In this document: in pieces, positions 35,146 through 43,317 of the stretch
Position numbering within the stretch: the stretch's first letter is position 1
Layout: each line of letters begins with the position of its first letter
Assembly (NCBI GenBank): GCA_023267075.1
Contig: JAHFNY010000002.1
Location: 1-46,411, forward strand
DNA from: Candidatus Vogelbacteria bacterium
GTDB lineage: Bacteria; Patescibacteriota; Minisyncoccia; Phycocordibacterales; XYD1-FULL-46-19
DNA length: 46,411 nucleotides
Direction: 5' to 3'
The notes under the pieces: generated by a model
The model's input: the letters and a program-made list of their open reading frames with translations, nothing else
What the model was told of the DNA's origin: nothing
Database searches by the model: none
Program-made: the position numbers and the translations under genes

Positions 35146-36146
35146 TGTGAGTACAAGACTCGAGAACGTATTCACCGCAGTATAGCTGACCTGCGATTAC
35201 TAGCGATTCCAACTTCATGAGGTCGAGTTGCAGACCTCAATCCGAACTGGGGCCACCTTTAAGGATTAGCTCAGAGTTTCCTCGTCGCAACCTTTTGTAA
35301 TGGCCATTGTATCATGTGTGTAGCCCAGGATGTCAGAGGGACATGCTGACTTGGCGTCATCCTCGCTTCCTTTCGCCAGAGGCGAACAGTCTCGCGTGAC
35401 ACTTGTAACACGCGACGAGGGTTGCGTTCGTTTCCCCACTGAAGGGAACAACTCAAGCCACGAACTGACGACAGCCATGCATCACCTGCCCAACCGTCCT
35501 TGTGAGACATCTCAAGTTTCCTCGAGACTTCGTTTGGGTTTCAAACCCTGGTGAGGTTCTTCGTTTAGCGTCGAATTAAACCACATGATCCACCGCTTGT
35601 GCGAGTCCCCGTCTATTCTTTTGAGTTTTAGCCTTGCGGCCGTACTTCCCAGGCGGATCACTTAACGCGTTAGCTACGGCTCTCAGAGGGTCGATACTCC
35701 GAAAACCTAGTGATCATCGTTTAGGGCGTGGACTACTGGGGTATCTAATCCCATTCGCTACCCACGCTTTCGTGTTTCAGTGTCAGCTGAGTGCCAGCTA
35801 GCTGCCTTCGCTTTTGGTATTCCCCATGATATCAACGGATTTCACCCCTACACCATGAGTTCTACTAGCCCCTCACCCGCTCCAGTTTGGCCGTTTCCCT
35901 CGCCGCTTCCCGGTTAAGCCGGGAGATTTAACAAGAGACTAACCAGACCACCTACACACCCTTTACGCCCAATAATTCCGGATAACGCTTGGACCACTCG
36001 TCTTACCGCTGCTGCTGGCACGAGTTTAGCAGGTCCTTATTCATGAGGTACTATCAATAAAATTTCTCCCTCATAAAAGATGTTTACGCGCCGAAGCGCT
36101 TCATCCACCACGCGACATCGCTCCATCAGACTTTCGTCCATTGTGG

Positions 36147-36177
<31 letters not shown>

Positions 36178-36483
36178 ATGGGCCGTGTCTCAGTCCCATC
36201 GGTGGGGGTCAGGCTCTCACCTCCCCTACGCGTCATAGCCTTGGTAAGCCATTACCTTACCAACTAGCTGATACGTCGCAGGCCGCTCCCCAAGCGATAA
36301 ATCTTTACTCTTTCGAGACTATCGGGAATTATCTCGCCTTTCGGCGAGTTATGCCCGACTTGGGGGTGCGTTCCTACGTGTTACTACCTCGTTCGCCATG
36401 CCCCTTGCGGAGCATTCGACTTGCATGCCTTATCCATGTCGCCAGCGTTCATCCTGAGCCAAGATCAAACTCTTAGTTTAAAG

Positions 36484-36509
36484 ATAAACGGAACAAAAGA
36501 AAAAATACT
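36484..36509 (-). repeat. 5' (leader) half of the 16S precursor processing stem
   Basis: Complementary to 33986-34011 (see that feature). It ends only about 3-10 nt upstream of the mature 5' end. Confidence 0.75.
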
Positions 36510-36645
36510 AAATACATTATTTGCACTTTCTATGTGCCCGCCCATACCGTTCAGTATGTTCGGGCAAGTGGATCGATTGTCAAAGGACTGGCCCTATTAC
36601 TCTAAATATGAGTCTCAAAAACGCGCCTCCTAAGGCGCAAGAGCC

Positions 36646-36673
36646 ATTATACACGAGGCCTAATAGGAGTCAA
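36646..36673 (-). promoter_or_regulatory. candidate 16S rRNA promoter
   Basis: The minus strand reads TTGACT (36673-36668), 16-nt spacer, TATAAT (36651-36646). It lies ~160 nt upstream of the 16S 5' end and just downstream of the neighbouring gene's terminator. Confidence 0.6.
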
Positions 36674-36690
36674 GGTCTTTATTTAACAAC

Positions 36691-36719
36691 AAAAAAACCG
36701 AGGAGCAGACGCTCCTCGG
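36691..36719 (-). terminator. rho-independent terminator of the 2-TM protein gene
   Basis: On the minus strand, CCGAGGAGC-GTCT-GCTCCTCGG (9-bp stem) is followed by TTTTTTT. Confidence 0.8.
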
Positions 36720-36746
36720 CCATAAATGGATTCAAGAACTCAAAAC

Positions 36747-37613
36747 TTAATTGGTGGATACTGTCTCCCCCGACGCCTTAGGAATATCAATCATGGCTAG
36801 CACTGGGTGATTAGCCGGAAGAACTTCCCGTAGGGTTTTCTCAAGACTTTCTCTAACCGCCCCAGCTCCTTTCGATTTCATGAACCGTTTAGAAGCTTCC
36901 AGATAACCTATGGCTTCAACTATCCCCCCAATCAACTTAGATTGTCTGGAGTAGTTAAAAGTAAAATAGGAGTGAAACGCGCTAAATTTTTTCAAAACCC
37001 ATCGAATCTCTGCAAAATCATGAGAATAAAACTCGCAGCACGATAGTAGATCTAAACCAATCAGTCTGTTACCTTGGTCATCTTTTATGTCAACCTCAGT
37101 AAAAGATAGATTGGAAAATCTTGCCAAACAGTAACCATACTTCATCCTGGTCCAAAGATAATGACCAAAGAACGAAAACAAGGACAATCGCAAACTAATA
37201 AATTCACCTTGGTTTCGTAGCCCCTCCTTGAACCAGGAGTCTTTGGTGGTAGTAGTAACCACAAAACCAGCCAATTTTTTACTGTGTATGTTATCCTCGC
37301 TGGTAGGATCAAGTTCACCTTCGATATCTTTCACCAAGACCCAGAGCTTGTAGCCGATGACGTTGTGCCGCCACCATTCGATTAGTCCTTGACGGAAGCG
37401 GATAACTATAACCAGCCAAACACACAACGAAATCGACATCAGAATTTGGTCCACGTAGCCCAAGTCGTTGTGGATATGACCAACGTGAAGTGACCACAGA
37501 TTATTCGGGATCAGATACATGGCAATAACAAAAGCCAACGGATACAGCCAGAGATAAATCTTCGGCCGATACTGCTTCGCCTCTTCCAAACTACTCAACT
37601 TAATCGCGTTCAT
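36747..37613 (-). CDS. hypothetical membrane protein (2 N-terminal TM helices plus a ~190-aa soluble domain)
   Basis: AAGGAG lies 7 nt upstream of ATG 37613 (MNAIKLSS), which is codon 22 of the track ORF. TM helices are IYLWLYPLAFVIAMYLI and ILMSISLCVWLVIVIRF. I recognise no family. Confidence 0.6.
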   Translation of the reverse strand: MNAIKLSSLEEAKQYRPKIYLWLYPLAFVIAMYLIPNNLWSLHVGHIHNDLGYVDQILMSISLCVWLVIVIRFRQGLIEWWRHNVIGYKLWVLVKDIEGELDPTSEDNIHSKKLAGFVVTTTTKDSWFKEGLRNQGEFISLRLSLFSFFGHYLWTRMKYGYCLARFSNLSFTEVDIKDDQGNRLIGLDLLSCCEFYSHDFAEIRWVLKKFSAFHSYFTFNYSRQSKLIGGIVEAIGYLEASKRFMKSKGAGAVRESLEKTLREVLPANHPVLAMIDIPKASGETVSTN

Positions 37614-37737
37614 CTCTTTTCTCCTTTCCGGCCCAAAAAGGGCGGGATGTGCGTCGGGTGTAGTCTCTAGCCACAAGCTAGTCTAACCGGACCACCAATT
37701 TCAAGGAACTAAATCAGGACCACCCTGACTTAGCCGT

Positions 37738-37765
37738 ATTATATCATATATAAATAAAAAAGCAA
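37738..37765 (-). promoter_or_regulatory. promoter for the 2-TM protein gene
   Basis: The minus strand reads TTGCTT (37765-37760), 16-nt spacer, TGaTATAAT (hexamer at 37743-37738). This leaves a ~115-nt structured leader. Confidence 0.55.
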
Positions 37766-37779
37766 ATTTTATTTTTTAC

Positions 37780-38577
37780 TTACAAACTACCTGGAAATTT
37801 AAGAATCTTTAGCTGACTTTCTATACACTTTTCAATATACCCAACAAATTTTGTTATTTTTTCTTCTGGAAGTAAATCCACTAAAAAATATTCCGATCGC
37901 AATAAACCGCCTGTTGGTATTTTTTGTTCAAAAGCATATCTAGTTTCAAGTTGTAAATAATCAACATCATAAGTAGACCAGTTTTGATCTCCTATATTCT
38001 TACAAAAAATATTACTATCAGTCTTGTAAATAACCATTGGAAAACTCACAATACCACCTTTAATAGTAGCGGCTAATTCTTTTTCAGTCCATAAACCAAG
38101 ATCTTTCCTATCTCTAAAAAATATTAACGAATTTAAAACTTGATTTACAGCTTTAAAAATAGGCTCATTTTCCGTATCTTTTGATTGTTTTCCCTCAGTT
38201 TCTCCACAAAACATTTTTATAACTTTATTTTCTTCTCCATAATGAAGTTCTTTTGTATAAACATTACTTCCAAAGGTATCCCTTATACCGTAAGTTTTTT
38301 GTATGAGTTTTTCAGAGTTTATTTTATCCTTACCATCTAACCAAAGATAAATATCATTTGTTAAATTTTTACATTCAATAATCAATCTTAATAAGACATA
38401 AACGTATTCTTCTCCAAAAAACCACGGTAATGGTATAATCTTTTCACAAATAATATCTAATTCACGTGGTAAGTCTCTACCAGTATCGACATAATATGGA
38501 CTAATTAAAGCCTTCCAGCCCAGCTTTCTTAGTTCAACAACAACTCTCTCAGTGAGATTATTGCCGTGATTTATCAT
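37780..38577 (-). CDS. predicted PD-(D/E)xK-fold nuclease with an uncharacterised C-terminal domain
   Basis: The N-terminus has E...D...ExK spacing: ERVVVELRKLGW (helix), ELDIICEK (D strand), LIIECKN (ExK). The gene is very AT-rich: 12 and 17 G+C of 60 in lines 38101 and 38281, against 31 of 60 in secF line 38701. Start taken at ATG 38577, because the track start 38616 overlaps the end of secF. Confidence 0.5.
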   Translation of the reverse strand: MINHGNNLTERVVVELRKLGWKALISPYYVDTGRDLPRELDIICEKIIPLPWFFGEEYVYVLLRLIIECKNLTNDIYLWLDGKDKINSEKLIQKTYGIRDTFGSNVYTKELHYGEENKVIKMFCGETEGKQSKDTENEPIFKAVNQVLNSLIFFRDRKDLGLWTEKELAATIKGGIVSFPMVIYKTDSNIFCKNIGDQNWSTYDVDYLQLETRYAFEQKIPTGGLLRSEYFLVDLLPEEKITKFVGYIEKCIESQLKILKFPGSL

Positions 38578-38605
38578 AGTTTGTTTATCTTTTGTGCTAG
38601 ATTTA

Positions 38606-39535
38606 CTATGATTCATCTAAAAATTTCTTCCCCTTATTTGAAACGTGCTTTTCGGAGAATTTATTCCAGGTTACGAGGAGGGGTGAAGCGATGAAGATGG
38701 AAGAGTAGGTACCCACGATCATACCAATAGTAAGAGCAAGGGCGAAGTCGCGCGTGGTCTCCCCGCCGAAGAAGTAGAGCGCGAGCAAGGCGAGGATCAC
38801 GGTTAAGGAGGTGTTAATGGACCGAGTGAAAGTTTGCGAGAGCGAGATGCCCACCGTTTCTTCAAAGTGAGGTGAGATTTTAAGTTTTAAGTTTTCCCGG
38901 ATCCGGTCAAAGACAACGATGGTGTCGTTTACAGAAAGACCAAGAATCGTAAGGAGCGCGGTTAAGAAAAGGGCGTCAATTTCCGTCCCGTGAATGGCAC
39001 CCAAGTAGGCAAAGACGCCGGTGGGGATGAGGAGATCGTGCACCAGCGTGGCAATGGCAATGAGACCATATTTCCAAGAAGAAACTGGTCGCGAGACCCC
39101 GCGGAAGGCGAAGGTAATAAATAAAATAATTAAGAGCGAGACTAAACTAATGGCAATAATCGCCTTTTGGGCTAATTCCGCCCCGAGCGACGGGCCAATA
39201 GAACTAAATTGTTTCTCGACTACCGAAGAAGTGGCGTTTAAAGCGGCGGCTTGAATCAGCGTATTTTTCTCATCATTGGTAATAGTCCGAAGGCGCATCA
39301 CCAGACCTTGATCACCAGTCGGTTGAACAGAGACGGTCCCAAGATTAAGTTTATTAACCGCGGCGCGAATGTCATCAATCGCCGGCCGAGTGCCAGTGTA
39401 ATTAAGCTCCACAATTGTCCCCCCTTTAAAATCAATGCCGAAGTTAAGACCAAAGAAGATCATCGCCGCAAGAGAAGCGAGGAGGGCAAAGCCAGAGAGA
39501 AGATAGAAAAATTTTCGGTATTTAATGACCCACAT
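38606..39535 (-). CDS. secF: protein translocase subunit SecF
   Basis: Contains LNFGIDFKGGT and LSVNDTIVVFDRIREN. 309 aa and polytopic. Confidence 0.9.
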   Translation of the reverse strand: MWVIKYRKFFYLLSGFALLASLAAMIFFGLNFGIDFKGGTIVELNYTGTRPAIDDIRAAVNKLNLGTVSVQPTGDQGLVMRLRTITNDEKNTLIQAAALNATSSVVEKQFSSIGPSLGAELAQKAIIAISLVSLLIILFITFAFRGVSRPVSSWKYGLIAIATLVHDLLIPTGVFAYLGAIHGTEIDALFLTALLTILGLSVNDTIVVFDRIRENLKLKISPHFEETVGISLSQTFTRSINTSLTVILALLALYFFGGETTRDFALALTIGMIVGTYSSIFIASPLLVTWNKFSEKHVSNKGKKFLDES

Positions 39536-39559
39536 ATGTTTATAGCTTCGTTAGCTTCA

Positions 39560-40879
39560 TTAGCTTTTTAGGCCAGAAGAAAATAAAAAGGTTGATAATT
39601 TGGTTTTGTGTTTTACCCCCAAAGCTAAGAGGAAAGTCCGGGTCACACTAATCGCCGTGAACATGGAAAGGACAGTTCCTAAAGCAAAAGTGAGGGCAAA
39701 GCCTTTAATCAGCGCCGTGCCGAACCAGAACAAAATAATACCGGCAATAATGTGAGCAATATTAGAATCGCGGATGGCGAGCCACGCCCGCGAGAAACCA
39801 GCGCTAATTGCCTCATGCATCTTCTGCTCTTTCTTCAACTCTTCCTTCAAGCGTTCAAAAATGAGGACATTGGCATCCACCGCAATACCGATAGACAGAA
39901 TAAAACCGGCAATCCCCGCGGCGGTAAGCGTGACCGGCACCAGTTTAAAAATGGCAAGCATCAGGGCGCTATAAATGGCGAGTGACACCACCGCCACCAC
40001 GCCCGGCAAGCGATACCACACAATCATAAAGAGGGCGATAATGAGAAAGCCCATCTCCCCCGCCTTGACCCCCTTAGCTAAAGCGTCAGCGCCAAGGGTG
40101 GCGCCAATCGTCTCGGTAGAAGAAAGAGTAATCGGCACCGGCAGAGCCCCAAGATTTAAATTGCGGACCAAAGTTTTAGCCTCATCTACTGTGAACTGAC
40201 CATTGATCTCGGCCTTTCCATCCAGGATTGGTTCATTCACCACCGGAGCGGAGAGGAGATTACCATCCAAATAAATGGCGAGCGGCTTGCCGACATTAGC
40301 TTTAGTAATCTCGCCGAAAAGTTTAGACCCATCAGCATTAAAAGTCAGACTAATCGATGGCCCGAGCGAATTCTGACCGTAGGTCACTTGGGCTTGCTTC
40401 AAAAAGCGACCCGTGAGACCAGAAGTAATAAATGGATCAGTGCCACTCGCCACGTTTGCCAAATCATTAATCGTTTTACCCAGTGGCAGAACTTTAAATT
40501 CCAATACCGGCGTTTGAGCAATAATCGCTAGCGCTTGCTTAAGATCCGTCACGCCGGGTAACTCCACCAACAAGCGGTGTTTGGCACTGTCACCAAGACC
40601 AGCTTGCTCGGTTTGGACTAATGGTTCCGAGACGCCGAAGACATTGACCCGCTTCTCAATCACGTCGCGGAGTGAGCTCATGGCATCACCCACATCAGCC
40701 GGGTTAAGGGTAGAAGTGTTGGCATCGTAGATGAGGCGGGTCCCGCCCGAGAGATCCAGGCCCAGCTTAAAAGGCCGGCTTAAGAAGGCATTAGGCGCCA
40801 CCTCGGAGTGGTAAACATAAAAGCCGACGGCGAGGCCGGCGATAAGCAATAAAACGGCAATTACCCGAGTTTTAATCAT
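39560..40879 (-). CDS. secD: protein translocase subunit SecD
   Basis: Contains LGLDLSGGTRLIYDA and GIAVDANVLIFERLKEE. Start taken at ATG 40879 (MIKTRV), because the upstream track codons contain the TATAAT box. Confidence 0.9.
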   Translation of the reverse strand: MIKTRVIAVLLLIAGLAVGFYVYHSEVAPNAFLSRPFKLGLDLSGGTRLIYDANTSTLNPADVGDAMSSLRDVIEKRVNVFGVSEPLVQTEQAGLGDSAKHRLLVELPGVTDLKQALAIIAQTPVLEFKVLPLGKTINDLANVASGTDPFITSGLTGRFLKQAQVTYGQNSLGPSISLTFNADGSKLFGEITKANVGKPLAIYLDGNLLSAPVVNEPILDGKAEINGQFTVDEAKTLVRNLNLGALPVPITLSSTETIGATLGADALAKGVKAGEMGFLIIALFMIVWYRLPGVVAVVSLAIYSALMLAIFKLVPVTLTAAGIAGFILSIGIAVDANVLIFERLKEELKKEQKMHEAISAGFSRAWLAIRDSNIAHIIAGIILFWFGTALIKGFALTFALGTVLSMFTAISVTRTFLLALGVKHKTKLSTFLFSSGLKS

Positions 40880-40889
40880 AGACCTGGCC

Positions 40890-40917
40890 ATTATAGCCAA
40901 ACGGGCTTAAAAATCAA
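40890..40917 (-). promoter_or_regulatory. secDF promoter giving a very short leader
   Basis: The minus strand reads TTGATT (40917-40912), 16-nt spacer, TATAAT (40895-40890). The ATG is 10 nt after the -10 box, and there is no SD. Confidence 0.55.
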
Positions 40918-41105
40918 CAATAAACAAAACTCCCCTGATTTGAAAAACCAGAGGAGAAATGAAGTAAGTTGCGAGAACGGAAAACAAACTGGTTGTCCGG
41001 ATTCCACCTGTTGTCAGGCTTCGCCCAATTGTCGTTCAGCCACAAATCGTCGTCGTTCCGGTCCAGGTTGAACACCTTCGGGTTACCGGCCGAGTCAGTT
41101 TCCGT
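40914..41105 (-). pseudogene. 3' fragment of a paralogue of the 617-aa gene
   Basis: Reads TETDSAGNPKVFNLDRNDDDLWLNDNWAKPDNRWNPDNQFVFRSR..., bounded upstream by an in-frame TAG (41106-41108). Nucleotides 40971-41099 align with 41480-41608, with 15 mismatches in 129 by hand alignment. Confidence 0.65.
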
Positions 41106-41250
41106 CTAAAACGCCACCTATATCACCACCCAGCGTGAAAGTTAAGAAAACCAATCTTCTGGGTTGAATTTTATCCGGCATCTTAAATGCCTTAGCGCTT
41201 TAGACCAAGTAGCTTCATTTTTTATGAAGTTTTACCCCGCCAGACTCTCT

Positions 41251-41324
41251 CCGGAAAGCCGTAGCCGTCCGGACTCTCGCCTTTGCGGATACTGGATTCG
41301 GGAGCCGGAAGCCGTAGCCGCCGG
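41251..41324. repeat. two tandem hairpins with the same 12-nt loop in an intergenic region
   Basis: CCGGA-AAGCCGTAGCCG-TCCGG (41251-41272) and CCGG-AAGCCGTAGCCG-CCGG (41305-41324). Confidence 0.6.
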
Positions 41325-41449
41325 TGACTATTCCCCTAGTACCGTGATTGATTATAGCAAAAATAAAATGGGATAAAAAATTTGGGCGGAGCAAGGACCA
41401 AGGGTCAAAGTTTCAAAGGGTAAAAAATTAAAATTCAAGAATCAAGGGT

Positions 41450-43303
41450 CTAAGGGCTTGCCTGCCCGCCGGCAGGCGGGCGAGAACGGAAAACAAACCG
41501 GTAGGCCGGATCCCACCTGTAGTCAGGCTCCGCCCAATCGTCGTCCAGCCACAAATCGCCGCCGTACCGGTCCAGGTCGAACACCCTCGGGCTACCGGCC
41601 GAGCCAGTGATTGGTTCCATGGCAATTACTTTCCAATCTTCTCCTTCATATTGCAAACGAAGCTGGGGACCAACTTCGGCTGGGCAGAGGTCCAGACCAA
41701 GTTCCTCCGCTCGTTGGTAAATATCTTGAGTTGTGGCGCCTTTAGGAAAGCCGAGTTGTTCAACTGTGAATTGCACCAGTTCATAAGTCTTCAATTCTTG
41801 ACTAAATTCAGTTTCGGTAAGAATATCATCGGCGTAATCAGAAATATTAATATTCTTAACTTTTAAGGCGGCACGGGCTTTATCTGGAGAATTAACGGCA
41901 GGATTAGTTTCTAAGGTTTGCCAAAAGATTTTTTTGTCCGGGAAAGATTCGTAGAAATGCTTGATATTAGGATAATTTCTGATAGTTTTAAAGACTTCCA
42001 GATTCCACGGGCCAATATAAACCTTGGTTTGGTTGTTAAGTTCATTAACGTTGTGCGCTACCTGGTCTTTGACACAGTCAAAAATCACCAACATGTCGGC
42101 TTCTAAATTTCTACCTTTTCGCAATTCATCAATTCTTGGATCACGGCCATAACCAAAACCTTTAATTTGGCCGTTAAGCTCATAGAGGAAGGTAAGTTCA
42201 ATTTTGGTTAAAGGCTCATCCTGATTCATCTTGGTCTCAATCTCAGTCAATTTCTTCATGTCCCAACTTTTCTTTCTATAGGTCTCAGCCTCTGGCCCAA
42301 ATTCTTTTAGCTTTTCATCCAAAACTTCTTGCATCAAGGGCTCAATGTTTTGGTGGGGTAGGATCCCGCGGACTTCGCCGATTCTCTGGTTTCCATCCAT
42401 TCGGATAGCCAGACGGGGTTGAGTGGGGTTACCGTCTCTATCATTGGTGTAATAAACGTAAAAGTCGCCAGACTCAATTTGCATTTCCGCCGTGGAACGT
42501 CCAGCCGTGCACCAGCCGGTACCCTTGCCTTCTAGCGATTGAAAAAGTTTGGCTGCGTCTCCAGCTTGTTTCTGCTCATATTTTATCCACTTACCCTTTA
42601 ACTCTTCCTTATTCTCAATCTGAGTGGCAAGTGACTTCTGGATCAGTTCAGCATAGAGGGTAGGAAATTTTTTAGAAAATTTTTCTTGAATCTCTGGGTC
42701 TTTAAGATTTTTATTATCGGCTTTGACTTTTTCGTAAATGTCAGCGATTTGGGCTAATGGCTCGCGGTAAATATCAGGGTACGGAGCAACTGTGCTTGTG
42801 GTCCGCTTTTTGAATTCGCCCCGTTCTTTATCAAATTGGGAGAGTTTAGTGATGCTTCGCCAAACAAAATACTTGAACCACGCTGGATACACAGCATCAT
42901 CGGAAGTTAGATAGTCCATCCATGCATCAAGGGAAACTTTCTGATCTTCAATCACGACAGTTTTCATCTGTTCACGGACATCACTGGGAATGTGTTCTAC
43001 TGCTTGGCCTCGTTCCCTGGCCACTCGTTGTTGGAGCTCAAAATAGCTCTCGGGAAAATTCTCTCGCTTAATAATCAGTGCGTCGTAGATTTTATCGCGG
43101 AATAATTCCAAATTCCGTCGCCTAGTTTTCTCATCCGGGTTGAGAAAAATGTTCTCCAGCCGATCCATATACGCCTCGATCCGCTCAGAGGGGTCATTGG
43201 GAATCTTTTCACCAGTTTGACGTTCTTGTCGAACTACCGCTCGCTCCACTTCCAGGGAAGTCTGGAGTTCGGGATTTTTGAGGTGGAGAGGATGTTTTTC
43301 CAT
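41450..43303 (-). CDS. large conserved hypothetical soluble protein
   Basis: 617-aa uninterrupted ORF with no TM segments. It contains a GKGTGWCTAGRS motif and a C-terminal VFDLDRYGGDLWLDDDWAEPDYRWDPAYRFVFRSR module. The last 9 codons and the stop are supplied by palindromic element copy 4. Confidence 0.7.
   Translation of the reverse strand: MEKHPLHLKNPELQTSLEVERAVVRQERQTGEKIPNDPSERIEAYMDRLENIFLNPDEKTRRRNLELFRDKIYDALIIKRENFPESYFELQQRVARERGQAVEHIPSDVREQMKTVVIEDQKVSLDAWMDYLTSDDAVYPAWFKYFVWRSITKLSQFDKERGEFKKRTTSTVAPYPDIYREPLAQIADIYEKVKADNKNLKDPEIQEKFSKKFPTLYAELIQKSLATQIENKEELKGKWIKYEQKQAGDAAKLFQSLEGKGTGWCTAGRSTAEMQIESGDFYVYYTNDRDGNPTQPRLAIRMDGNQRIGEVRGILPHQNIEPLMQEVLDEKLKEFGPEAETYRKKSWDMKKLTEIETKMNQDEPLTKIELTFLYELNGQIKGFGYGRDPRIDELRKGRNLEADMLVIFDCVKDQVAHNVNELNNQTKVYIGPWNLEVFKTIRNYPNIKHFYESFPDKKIFWQTLETNPAVNSPDKARAALKVKNINISDYADDILTETEFSQELKTYELVQFTVEQLGFPKGATTQDIYQRAEELGLDLCPAEVGPQLRLQYEGEDWKVIAMEPITGSAGSPRVFDLDRYGGDLWLDDDWAEPDYRWDPAYRFVFRSRPPAGGQASP
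41456..41480. repeat. GC-rich palindromic element, copy 4 (forms the 3' end of the 617-aa gene)
   Basis: GCTTGCCTGCCCGCCGGCAGGCGGG. It encodes PPAGGQASP followed by the stop codon. Confidence 0.65.
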
Positions 43304-43317
43304 AACACTATAATAGA

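Noticed and set aside
36578-36583. A second rRNA promoter (TTGACA)
   Set aside because: The best -10 candidates at 17-19 nt spacing (AACATA, CATACT) are poor. I mention it only as an alternative to the stronger TTGACT-N16-TATAAT upstream.
41251-41324. The twin CCGGAAG... hairpins might be SRP RNA helix 8, and GAGAGUCCGGAC might be an RNase P P4-like segment
   Set aside because: The GGAA tetraloop closure and the AGCAGCC motif of SRP RNA are absent. The region is far too short, and it lacks the other conserved RNase P blocks. A tandem duplicate does not fit either RNA.
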